Assembly: GCF_003334335.1 (NCBI RefSeq)
Contig: NZ_QOWQ01000013.1
Direction: 5' to 3' (one strand)
Source: Escherichia coli
GTDB lineage: Bacteria > Pseudomonadota > Gammaproteobacteria > Enterobacterales > Enterobacteriaceae
Length of the DNA: 64,000 bases
Shown: positions 1 through 8,822 of the stretch, in pieces
How the letters are laid out: every line of letters starts with the position of its first letter
How positions within the stretch are numbered: position 1 is the first letter of the stretch
Program-made: the position numbers and the translations under genes
Notes under the pieces: model-generated
The model's input: the letters and a program-made list of their open reading frames with translations, nothing else
What the model was told of the DNA's origin: nothing
Database searches by the model: none

Positions 1-672
1 CATTTTATCAATCGCAAACAGGCTCATCGCTTTTGGGTCCATCGCCTGTTCAATCGCACTCCAGCCGCCAACGTGAACAACGGCGAGAATAGCCATCAAT
101 ATAAAGCCAAAGAACAGAATTAAGGCCTGAATGGTGTCTGTCCACACTACCGCCGAATAACCGCCGATAATAACGTAAATCGCAAAAGCTAAGGCGATAA
201 TTAATTTTGCTACAGTAAGATCAATACCTGTTGCCCAGGCAAGATACATACTGCCACCTAATATATGCGCCCCCAGCCAGCCAATAGAGGCAATAAATAT
301 CATCAGGCCGACAATATTTTTAATTAAATGACTCCCGCCAGTATAATAAGATATTTCTTCACTCATGGTCATAAAACGTAATTTACGTACCGGTGCAAAC
401 AGCCACGCCACCAGTAATATACCTACGGCCCCACCGACGCCATAAAGCATTCCGGCCCAGCCATTGCTGTAGCCAAAGCCCACGGCGCCCATACTGGAAC
501 CCGTGCCAACCATCGTGGCAACGGTTGAGCCCAGCGTCAGAAACAGCGGCAACGAACGCCCGCCCAGCAGAAAATCTTCTCCGCTTTTCTGATTACGAGA
601 CACAAACCAACCAAGCCAAATCATGGCGATGGCATAAATAATAAAGCCGACTAAAAAGATATGACTGTTCAT
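1..672 (-). CDS. Sodium:solute symporter (SSS) family transporter, N-terminal part; C-terminus lies beyond window start
   Basis: Open frame on minus strand from ATG at 672 to window edge; translation MNSHIFLVGFIIYAIAMIWLGWFVSRNQKSGEDFLLGGRS... is hydrophobic with multiple TM-like segments typical of SSS permeases. Confidence 0.65.
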   Translation of the reverse strand, partial: MNSHIFLVGFIIYAIAMIWLGWFVSRNQKSGEDFLLGGRSLPLFLTLGSTVATMVGTGSSMGAVGFGYSNGWAGMLYGVGGAVGILLVAWLFAPVRKLRFMTMSEEISYYTGGSHLIKNIVGLMIFIASIGWLGAHILGGSMYLAWATGIDLTVAKLIIALAFAIYVIIGGYSAVVWTDTIQALILFFGFILMAILAVVHVGGWSAIEQAMDPKAMSLFAIDKM

Positions 673-774
673 AATTCACATCCTGCCAGTAGAGAGAGAA
701 TAAAGTAAGAGTTCCCGGAGTGCTGAATGTATTCAGCACTCAATTGCGGTCTATTTTTTTAATTCTTAAATTTA

Positions 775-1164
775 TTAGCGGGTCGCGTTATAACAGGTCA
801 CATCGACTTCAACTTTACAATCGACAACCAGATCAGCTACACAACAAATACGTGCAGGCGGATTCTCGCCAAAAAATTCTCTGAATACTTTATTAAATGA
901 CTGGAAATAGCGGGCGTCGGTCAGGATCACTTTCACGTGAACCACATCCGCCAGGCTATAACCGGCTTCAGTCATGATGTCGACACAGTTTTGGATCGCC
1001 AGTCGTGACTGTTCAACGATACCGCCTTCTACCACTTCACCGTTTTTCATGGGGGTTTGCCCGGAGACGTACAGCCAGCCGCCCGCCTCAACCGCCCTGG
1101 CAAACGGCAAATGCTGCCCGCCAGTGCCTGTTCCACCTTCCGTACCGTAACGTTTAATACTCAT
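775..1164 (-). CDS. RidA/YjgF-family reactive-intermediate deaminase-like protein
   Basis: ORF track 775..1170; AAGGAG RBS 5 nt upstream of the ATG at 1164; about 129 aa, size and composition typical of the RidA family. Confidence 0.7.
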   Translation of the reverse strand: MSIKRYGTEGGTGTGGQHLPFARAVEAGGWLYVSGQTPMKNGEVVEGGIVEQSRLAIQNCVDIMTEAGYSLADVVHVKVILTDARYFQSFNKVFREFFGENPPARICCVADLVVDCKVEVDVTCYNATR

Positions 1165-1173
1165 ATTCACTCC

Positions 1174-2625
1174 TTAATGTGAGGTCTGGCGGCGCAGGAA
1201 GCGTCCCGCACGGCCTGTAATGTGTTTATCGCGACCATAGCTCATAACGCCGTTCACCATCACCGCCTCAATGCCATCTGCCGGGCGTTTGGGATCAGAA
1301 AAGCTGGCAACATCACGAATGGTTTGTGGATCGAACAACACCAGGTCCGCAAAATAGCCGACTTTCACCAGCCCACGCTGAGGCAGACGAAAACGGCTGG
1401 CAGAAAGCCCGGTCATTTTGTGGATAGCCGTGGTCAGTGGGAATAAGCCTTCATCACGGCAATAGTGACCCAGCACGCGAGGGAAAGCGCCCCATAAACG
1501 CGGATGCGGCATGGGATCATTGGGCAGTCCGTCAGAGCCAATCATACTGACCGGATAACTCAACACTCTGCGGACGTCGCGCTCGTCCATGTTGTAATAG
1601 ATAGCCCCGGCAGGCATCAGCAACTTCGCGGCCTCCAGCATACTCATCTGCCAGTCGATGGCGATTTGTGCCAGTGTTTTCCCGGCCTGCTGCGGATGTG
1701 TTTGTGACCAGGTGATCACAATATCGAATTCGTCGGTGACTTGTTTGAGATCCAGCGTTGAAGAACTGGCCGAGTAAGGGTAGACATCGCAGCCAATTTC
1801 CTGGTGTTGACGCATTTGGTCAAAAAAGGCCAACGTTTCTTTTGTCCGCCCCCAGTTTTTCGCCCCGGCGCATTTATGGTGGGAAACCACGACAGGCACT
1901 TTGCCATGACGCCCAATACGAAACGCCTCATCCAGGGCATCGAGAATCGGTTCAAATTCAGAACGCAGATGGGTGGTATAAACGCCCTTCTCACCGGCTA
2001 ATTCTTCCGCCAGCGCCATGACTTCTTCGGTAGTCGCCTGAAATGCCGTTGCATAGGCCAGCCCGGAACTTAACCCCAGCGCCCCCTGACTCAACGCCAG
2101 ACGTAAGTCGGCACGCATAGCGGCAATTTCATCCACCGTCGCCGGGCGAAACAGGTCGTCCATATGGTTATTACGCAGCGCCGTATGACCAATCAGCGTG
2201 CCAACGTTCAGTGACGGCCTGGCTGCTTCCACTGCCTGGGCATAGCTTTCAACGGTAGGATAAATAAAGTGCTCTGCTTCCCCCAACAGATTCATCGGGT
2301 CAGGAACTTCACCTTTCATTTTCGCCGACGCCGCACTGATCCCGCAGTTACCGACAATCACCGTAGTGATCCCCTGGCTGATCTTTGGCAGATATTCCGG
2401 GATGCGAATAACGTTGATATCGTCATGGGTATGAACGTCGATAAACCCTGGTGCCAGCACCCGCCCTTCCCCGTCAATGACCTGCTGCGCCGTAACGTTA
2501 AGCGCAGGGGCAATATCGACAATCCGATCACCTGTTATTGCCACGTCACCGCGAAATTCAGGGCCGCCGCTACCGTCGATAACGGTCACATTTTTGATTA
2601 ACCAGTCAACCTGCATGTTCGTCAC
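1174..2625 (-). CDS. N-acyl-D-amino-acid deacylase (D-aminoacylase), metal-dependent amidohydrolase
   Basis: 483-aa ORF; N-terminal GFIDVHTHDD metal-binding motif and overall amidohydrolase-like sequence; GGAG RBS upstream. Confidence 0.8.
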   Translation of the reverse strand: MTNMQVDWLIKNVTVIDGSGGPEFRGDVAITGDRIVDIAPALNVTAQQVIDGEGRVLAPGFIDVHTHDDINVIRIPEYLPKISQGITTVIVGNCGISAASAKMKGEVPDPMNLLGEAEHFIYPTVESYAQAVEAARPSLNVGTLIGHTALRNNHMDDLFRPATVDEIAAMRADLRLALSQGALGLSSGLAYATAFQATTEEVMALAEELAGEKGVYTTHLRSEFEPILDALDEAFRIGRHGKVPVVVSHHKCAGAKNWGRTKETLAFFDQMRQHQEIGCDVYPYSASSSTLDLKQVTDEFDIVITWSQTHPQQAGKTLAQIAIDWQMSMLEAAKLLMPAGAIYYNMDERDVRRVLSYPVSMIGSDGLPNDPMPHPRLWGAFPRVLGHYCRDEGLFPLTTAIHKMTGLSASRFRLPQRGLVKVGYFADLVLFDPQTIRDVASFSDPKRPADGIEAVMVNGVMSYGRDKHITGRAGRFLRRQTSH

Positions 2626-2816
2626 TCCATTTCTGCAATGGTGACAAGTTAACCATTTACAAGGACGAAAAACAGTGGAAAACTACGCAAAACCCAGATG
2701 ATTTTATGATACTTTTATTCATAAATAATAAGATAAATAAACTAAATATTTATATTTCATTTAGTTACAAATGATACTCACATCCGATACGGTGAAAAAC
2801 TTAAAAGGTAAATGTT

Positions 2817-4037
2817 ATGAAATACCACTCAGAACCTCTGGTTCCCCATAAATCTGCCCTGATGCAAATGCCCGCAAATCTCCTTGCCGAAGATGTCTGT
2901 TTACCTGCCGCGATCATTAAAAAGCAGGCCCTGGAGAACAACATTACGTGGATGCAACGCTACGCTGACGCGCGCGGCGTTTCACTGGCACCGCACGGTA
3001 AAACCACCATGACGCCGTGGATTTTTCAGGCGCAGCAGGCGGCTGGTGCCTGGGCAATAGGTGTCGGTAGCGCATGGCAGGCTGGTGCGGCAATGGCGAG
3101 CGGTATTCAGCGAGTGCTGATGGTTAACCAGCTGGTCGGCAAGGCGAATATGCAGTTGATTGCCCAGTTGCAACAACATTACCCGACGGTCGATTTTATC
3201 TGCTGTATCGACAGCATTGAGAACGCCCGCGCTTTGTCTGCCTTTTTTGCCAGTCAGCAACAGACACTGAACGTGATGATTGAACTGGGTGTTCCCGGCG
3301 GGCGCTGTGGTTGCCGCTCAACGGATGCCGCACTGGCACTGGCTAAACAGGCAGCCCAATTACCGGGGTTACGCCTGCGGGGGCTTGAGTTATATGAAGG
3401 CGTTTTACACGGTGACGATCCACAACCGCAGGTAGAAGCTCTGCTGCGGGATGCCGCACAACTGGCCTGTGATATGGCAAATCTGGTTGATGGCGAGTTT
3501 ATTCTCACCGGAGCAGGCACGGTCTGGTATGACGTGGTGTGCAATATCTGGCTGGCGGCAGAAAAGCCTGATAACTGCCGCATTGTTATTCGCCCTGGCT
3601 GCTACATCACTCACGACACCGGGATCTACGACGCGGCACAACAACAGTTGCTTGCCCGTGATCCTGTGGCCTGCGATCTGGCAGGCGATCTCACATCTGC
3701 GCTGGAACTGGTCGCCATGGTGCAATCGGTGCCGGAAGCTGATCGTGCGGTGGTAAATTTTGGTAAGCGTGATTGCGCCTTCGACGCCGGACTGCCGCAA
3801 CCAGTCGCCCACTACCGCAACGGCAAATCACTGGCATTTGATCCACAGGCGATTCGCAGTACAGGTATTATGGATCAGCACTGCATGTTGCAACTGTCAG
3901 CTAATAGCGACGTGCAAGTGGGGGATATTCTGGTGTTTGGCACATCGCATCCGTGCCTGACCTTCGACAAATGGAAAACGTTGTTATTGACTGATGACGA
4001 CTACAACGTACTGGCAGAATTAGACACTCTCTTCTAA
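2817..4037 (+). CDS. PLP-dependent alanine-racemase-fold enzyme (DSD1 / D-serine dehydratase-like or D-threonine aldolase-like)
   Basis: 406-aa ORF with putative PLP lysine in APHGKT near N-terminus; divergent from the D-aminoacylase gene; followed by hairpin terminator. Confidence 0.7.
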   Translation: MKYHSEPLVPHKSALMQMPANLLAEDVCLPAAIIKKQALENNITWMQRYADARGVSLAPHGKTTMTPWIFQAQQAAGAWAIGVGSAWQAGAAMASGIQRVLMVNQLVGKANMQLIAQLQQHYPTVDFICCIDSIENARALSAFFASQQQTLNVMIELGVPGGRCGCRSTDAALALAKQAAQLPGLRLRGLELYEGVLHGDDPQPQVEALLRDAAQLACDMANLVDGEFILTGAGTVWYDVVCNIWLAAEKPDNCRIVIRPGCYITHDTGIYDAAQQQLLARDPVACDLAGDLTSALELVAMVQSVPEADRAVVNFGKRDCAFDAGLPQPVAHYRNGKSLAFDPQAIRSTGIMDQHCMLQLSANSDVQVGDILVFGTSHPCLTFDKWKTLLLTDDDYNVLAELDTLF

Positions 4038-4042
4038 GAACG

Positions 4043-4076
4043 CCCCTTCGGTTAATTATCGAAGGGGCATTTTTAT
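4043..4076 (+). terminator. Rho-independent terminator after the DSD1-like gene
   Basis: GC stem ccccttcg / cgaagggg followed by T-run cattttta. Confidence 0.6.
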
Positions 4077-4304
4077 TGTGATCTCAATCACATATCCACC
4101 CGACGAATAATTCTTGCCCAACCGCTCACCGCCATTCCTGACCGCTTACATCCCTAAAATAACCACTCAGTTATTTACCTTACTTTACGCGCGCGTAACT
4201 CTGGCAACATCACTGCAGGATAGCGGTCAATTTACCTCCTCAAACGCAACGCAAACCTAGAACGGCTTCGGCCAACTATTAATCAATACATGCCAGGTTT
4301 TACT

Positions 4305-6455
4305 ATGGATACTAAAAAGATATTCAAGCACATACCCTGGGTGATTCTCGGAATCATCGGTGCATTCTGCCTCGCGGTAGTTGCATTACGTCGGGGGGAG
4401 CACGTCAGTGCCCTGTGGATCGTGGTCGCCTCTGTGTCGGTGTATCTGGTGGCTTATCGCTACTACAGTCTGTACATCGCCCAGAAGGTGATGAAACTCG
4501 ACCCCACGCGCGCGACGCCTGCGGTTATTAACAACGACGGTCTGAACTACGTTCCGACCAACCGTTACGTGTTGTTTGGTCACCACTTCGCCGCTATCGC
4601 CGGTGCTGGTCCGCTGGTTGGTCCGGTTCTCGCCGCGCAGATGGGCTACCTGCCTGGCACGCTGTGGCTGCTGGCGGGGGTAGTGCTGGCCGGTGCAGTA
4701 CAGGACTTTATGGTACTGTTTATCTCCTCTCGCCGTAACGGCGCATCTCTCGGTGAGATGATCAAAGAAGAGATGGGACCAGTACCGGGGACTATCGCGC
4801 TGTTTGGCTGTTTCTTAATCATGATCATCATCCTTGCCGTCCTGGCGCTGATTGTGGTTAAAGCCCTGGCCGAAAGTCCGTGGGGTGTCTTCACCGTTTG
4901 CTCAACCGTACCGATTGCGCTGTTTATGGGTATCTACATGCGCTTTATTCGTCCGGGGCGTGTGGGTGAAGTCTCTGTCATTGGTATCGTGCTGCTGGTT
5001 GCCTCTATCTACTTCGGTGGCGTGATTGCTCACGATCCGTACTGGGGTCCGGCACTGACCTTTAAAGACACCACCATTACCTTCGCGCTGATTGGCTATG
5101 CGTTTGTTTCCGCACTGCTGCCAGTGTGGCTGATCCTCGCACCGCGCGACTATCTGGCAACCTTCCTGAAAATCGGCGTTATCGTCGGCCTGGCGCTGGG
5201 TATCGTGGTGTTGAACCCGGAACTGAAAATGCCTGCGATGACCCAGTACATTGACGGTACTGGCCCGCTGTGGAAAGGCGCTCTGTTCCCGTTCCTGTTC
5301 ATCACCATCGCCTGTGGTGCGGTATCTGGCTTCCACGCGCTGATCTCTTCCGGCACGACACCGAAACTGCTGGCTAACGAAACCGACGCGCGTTTCATTG
5401 GCTACGGCGCAATGCTGATGGAGTCCTTCGTGGCGATTATGGCGCTGGTTGCTGCGTCCATCATCGAACCGGGTCTTTACTTCGCGATGAATACCCCGCC
5501 TGCTGGCCTTGGCATCACCATGCCTAACCTGCATGAAATGGGTGGCGAGAACGCGCCGATCATCATGGCGCAGCTGAAAGACGTTACCGCACACGCGGCA
5601 GCGACCGTCAGCTCCTGGGGCTTCGTGATTTCGCCAGAGCAGATCCTGCAAACAGCGAAAGATATTGGTGAGCCTTCTGTCCTGAACCGTGCAGGTGGTG
5701 CGCCGACGCTGGCGGTAGGTATCGCTCACGTGTTCCACAAAGTGCTGCCGATGGCTGACATGGGCTTCTGGTATCACTTCGGTATTCTGTTCGAAGCCCT
5801 GTTCATCCTGACCGCGCTGGATGCGGGTACCCGTTCTGGCCGCTTTATGCTGCAAGACCTGCTGGGTAACTTCATCCCGTTCCTGAAAAAAACCGACTCT
5901 CTGGTTGCCGGTATCATCGGTACTGCGGGCTGTGTGGGTCTGTGGGGCTACCTGCTGTATCAGGGCGTGGTCGATCCGCTGGGCGGCGTTAAGAGCCTGT
6001 GGCCGCTGTTCGGTATCTCCAACCAGATGCTGGCAGCCGTAGCGCTGGTACTGGGCACCGTTGTGCTGATTAAGATGAAGCGCACCCAATACATCTGGGT
6101 AACTGTTGTTCCGGCTGTATGGCTGCTTATCTGCACCACCTGGGCGCTGGGCCTGAAACTGTTCAGCACCAACCCGCAGATGGAAGGCTTCTTCTACATG
6201 GCAAGCCAGTACAAAGAGAAGATTGCTAACGGTACTGACCTGACGGCACAGCAGATTGCCAACATGAACCACATCGTTGTGAACAACTACACCAACGCGG
6301 GCCTGAGTATTCTGTTCCTGATTGTGGTGTACAGCATCATCTTCTACGGTTTCAAAACCTGGCTGAAGGTGCGTAACAGCGACAAACGTACTGACAAAGA
6401 AACTCCGTACGTTCCAATCCCGGAAGGCGGCGTGAAGATCTCTTCGCACCACTAA
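4305..6455 (+). CDS. btsT: Pyruvate/H+ symporter BtsT (CstA family; YjiY)
   Basis: ORF 4290..6455; recalled K-12 N-terminus MDTKKIFKHIPWVILG gives start 4305 (716 aa); polytopic membrane protein. Confidence 0.93.
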   Translation: MDTKKIFKHIPWVILGIIGAFCLAVVALRRGEHVSALWIVVASVSVYLVAYRYYSLYIAQKVMKLDPTRATPAVINNDGLNYVPTNRYVLFGHHFAAIAGAGPLVGPVLAAQMGYLPGTLWLLAGVVLAGAVQDFMVLFISSRRNGASLGEMIKEEMGPVPGTIALFGCFLIMIIILAVLALIVVKALAESPWGVFTVCSTVPIALFMGIYMRFIRPGRVGEVSVIGIVLLVASIYFGGVIAHDPYWGPALTFKDTTITFALIGYAFVSALLPVWLILAPRDYLATFLKIGVIVGLALGIVVLNPELKMPAMTQYIDGTGPLWKGALFPFLFITIACGAVSGFHALISSGTTPKLLANETDARFIGYGAMLMESFVAIMALVAASIIEPGLYFAMNTPPAGLGITMPNLHEMGGENAPIIMAQLKDVTAHAAATVSSWGFVISPEQILQTAKDIGEPSVLNRAGGAPTLAVGIAHVFHKVLPMADMGFWYHFGILFEALFILTALDAGTRSGRFMLQDLLGNFIPFLKKTDSLVAGIIGTAGCVGLWGYLLYQGVVDPLGGVKSLWPLFGISNQMLAAVALVLGTVVLIKMKRTQYIWVTVVPAVWLLICTTWALGLKLFSTNPQMEGFFYMASQYKEKIANGTDLTAQQIANMNHIVVNNYTNAGLSILFLIVVYSIIFYGFKTWLKVRNSDKRTDKETPYVPIPEGGVKISSHH

Positions 6456-6464
6456 CCGTGTTTA

Positions 6465-6491
6465 GCCCCGCTTCGGCGGGGCTTTGTTCTT
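6465..6491 (+). terminator. Rho-independent terminator after btsT
   Basis: Stem gccccgc / gcggggc with ttcg loop, followed by tttgttctt. Confidence 0.65.
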
Positions 6492-6504
6492 ATCAGAGTG
6501 AACT

Positions 6505-6708
6505 ATGTTTGGTAACTTAGGACAGGCAAAAAAATATCTCGGCCAGGCGGCGAAGATGTTGATTGGCATTCCAGACTACGACAACTACGTCGAGCATATG
6601 AAGACCAACCATCCCGACAAGCCGTACATGAGCTATGAAGAATTCTTCCGCGAACGCCAGAACGCGCGCTACGGCGGCGATGGTAAAGGCGGTATGCGCT
6701 GTTGTTAA
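6505..6708 (+). CDS. yjiX: DUF466 small protein YjiX (CstA-associated)
   Basis: 67-aa ORF immediately downstream of btsT; sequence [33 protein letters not shown]... matches YjiX family. Confidence 0.9.
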
Positions 6709-6718
6709 TGGAGAGAGC

Positions 6719-7675
6719 ATGAACCCGATTGCAGTTACCCTACTCACCGGTTTTTTAGGCGCGGGCAAAACCACCCTGCTGCGCCATATTCTTAATGAAC
6801 AGCACGGCTACAAAATTGCCGTGATTGAAAACGAATTCGGCGAAGTCTCCGTTGATGATCAACTGATTGGCGATCGCGCCACGCAGATCAAAACGCTGAC
6901 CAACGGCTGCATCTGTTGTTCGCGCTCCAACGAGCTGGAGGACGCGCTACTCGACCTGCTGGATAATCTCGACAAGGGCAATATTCAGTTCGACCGTCTG
7001 GTCATTGAATGCACAGGCATGGCCGATCCCGGCCCGATTATTCAGACCTTTTTCTCCCATGAGATTTTATGCCAGCGTTACCTGCTGGACGGCGTGATTG
7101 CGCTGGTGGATGCGGTACATGCCGATGAGCAGATGAACCAGTTCACCATCGCCCAGTCACAGGTTGGCTACGCCGACCGTATTCTGCTGACTAAAACCGA
7201 CGTCGCAGGTGAAGCAGAAAAACTGCGCGAACGCCTGGCACGCATCAACGCCCGCGCACCGGTCTACACCGTCACCCACGGCGACATCGACCTGGGCCTG
7301 CTGTTCAACACCAACGGTTTTATGCTGGAAGAAAACGTCATCAGCACCAAACCGCGTTTCCACTTTATCGCGGATAAACAAAACGATATTTCGTCGATTG
7401 TGGTGGAACTGGATTACCCGGTAGATATCAGCGAAGTTTCCCGCGTGATGGAAAACCTGCTGCTGGAATCGGCAGATAAACTGCTGCGTTACAAAGGGAT
7501 GCTGTGGATTGACGGCGAACCTAACCGCCTGCTGTTCCAGGGCGTCCAGCGCCTCTACAGCGCCGACTGGGACAGGCCGTGGGGCGATGAAAAACCGCAT
7601 AGCACGATGGTGTTTATCGGGATTCAGCTGCCGGAGGAAGAGATTCGGGCTGCGTTTGCGGGGTTGAGGAAGTAA
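6719..7675 (+). CDS. yjiA: CobW/HypB-family GTPase, putative metal chaperone YjiA
   Basis: ORF 6635..7675; P-loop GFLGAGKTTLL; internal start MNPIAVTLL at 6719 gives 318 aa. Confidence 0.92.
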   Translation: MNPIAVTLLTGFLGAGKTTLLRHILNEQHGYKIAVIENEFGEVSVDDQLIGDRATQIKTLTNGCICCSRSNELEDALLDLLDNLDKGNIQFDRLVIECTGMADPGPIIQTFFSHEILCQRYLLDGVIALVDAVHADEQMNQFTIAQSQVGYADRILLTKTDVAGEAEKLRERLARINARAPVYTVTHGDIDLGLLFNTNGFMLEENVISTKPRFHFIADKQNDISSIVVELDYPVDISEVSRVMENLLLESADKLLRYKGMLWIDGEPNRLLFQGVQRLYSADWDRPWGDEKPHSTMVFIGIQLPEEEIRAAFAGLRK

Positions 7676-7685
7676 GGGGTTATGG

Positions 7686-7712
7686 GCCGGATAAGGCGCA
7701 GCCGCATCCGGC
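7686..7712. repeat. REP (repetitive extragenic palindrome) element
   Basis: gccggataaggcgcagccgcatccggc imperfect palindrome between convergent yjiA and mrr. Confidence 0.6.
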
Positions 7713-7720
7713 CTGATATT

Positions 7721-8635
7721 TCACTCAAAATAGTCCATATCCAGTTTCGGCACCTTCAACAAACGTGAAGAAACCCCTACTTCGTTTTCGATCATTAAGT
7801 GCACCAGGCGTTCCCCATCAACCAACACCATACCCTCAACGGATTGGGCAAAGTCACGCGCCTGAGAAGTAAATCCAGAAGTGGTAATAAACACCCCACG
7901 TTTCGCTTTTTGCCCAGCCAGTGCGCCGTAAAATGCCTGTAATTCTGGCCTGCCTACAGTATTCTGCCAACGTTTTGCCTGAACATAAACTTTCTCCAGG
8001 CCAAGTTTATCAAGCGATATCACACCATCGATGCCACCATCTCCAGTACCGCCAACACGCTGCAAATCATCACGGTGGCCGCCATACCCCAGGCGATGCA
8101 AAACATCCAGAACAATGACTTCAAAGCGCGAAGGAGAAACCTGCAATAAGTTTTCCAGAGCCTCATCAGCCACCGCATCACGAAGCTCTTTTAGCGCCTG
8201 ATCTAACCGATCGTCCGGGCTGCTCTTTGCAAGTTCTTCATGATCGGGAGAGTCGGCTTTCGGATCTAAATCGACGGCATCCGGCCGTGACTTAAGTTTG
8301 ACATTCACAAAATCGAAGGCCAGATGGTTCGTCTCCTGCTCCGTCATTGGCTGGGGATGAGACGCAACCCAGTCAAAACCCGCAGGAGTCAGGCACCATT
8401 TGCCACGCGACAAACTTTGCGACAACCCGGCACGTTTTAAACGGTCATGCGCCCAGCCTGCACGATTTTTATAAACAAGTTGTCCGCTGGTAATGACTTT
8501 CGCTCGCTGGCTGTCATCCAGTCCTAATGCATCCGCGGCAGCCTCATGAACATCACGCGCGGCTGCACCTTCCGGTTTTGTCGCCAGATAACGCAGAACA
8601 GGTTCAATAAATTTGTCATAGGTTGGAACCGTCAT
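7721..8635 (-). CDS. mrr: Mrr modification-dependent (Type IV) restriction endonuclease
   Basis: 304-aa ORF; recognised as Mrr by sequence and by position next to hsdR. Confidence 0.93.
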   Translation of the reverse strand: MTVPTYDKFIEPVLRYLATKPEGAAARDVHEAAADALGLDDSQRAKVITSGQLVYKNRAGWAHDRLKRAGLSQSLSRGKWCLTPAGFDWVASHPQPMTEQETNHLAFDFVNVKLKSRPDAVDLDPKADSPDHEELAKSSPDDRLDQALKELRDAVADEALENLLQVSPSRFEVIVLDVLHRLGYGGHRDDLQRVGGTGDGGIDGVISLDKLGLEKVYVQAKRWQNTVGRPELQAFYGALAGQKAKRGVFITTSGFTSQARDFAQSVEGMVLVDGERLVHLMIENEVGVSSRLLKVPKLDMDYFE

Positions 8636-8822
8636 AGTACATCCTTGCAGAATCAGGTAGATGTTTTTCGGCTACTATAACACTACCAAAATAGGCGAAC
8701 ACGTTAGAAATGAGTCAGTTGCTGTGACCGTGGTCATTGCCCGGAAAGGTACAGAAAGCTAAGATGAGATGTTATGGGCCTTAAATATTTGGACAGGCCC
8801 GCACAGCAATGGATTAATAACA

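Noticed and set aside
4902-6452. 516-aa ORF on the minus strand entirely inside btsT
   Set aside because: Antisense to a well-supported conserved gene; Arg/His/Gln-rich composition typical of a reverse-frame artefact in GC-rich coding DNA.
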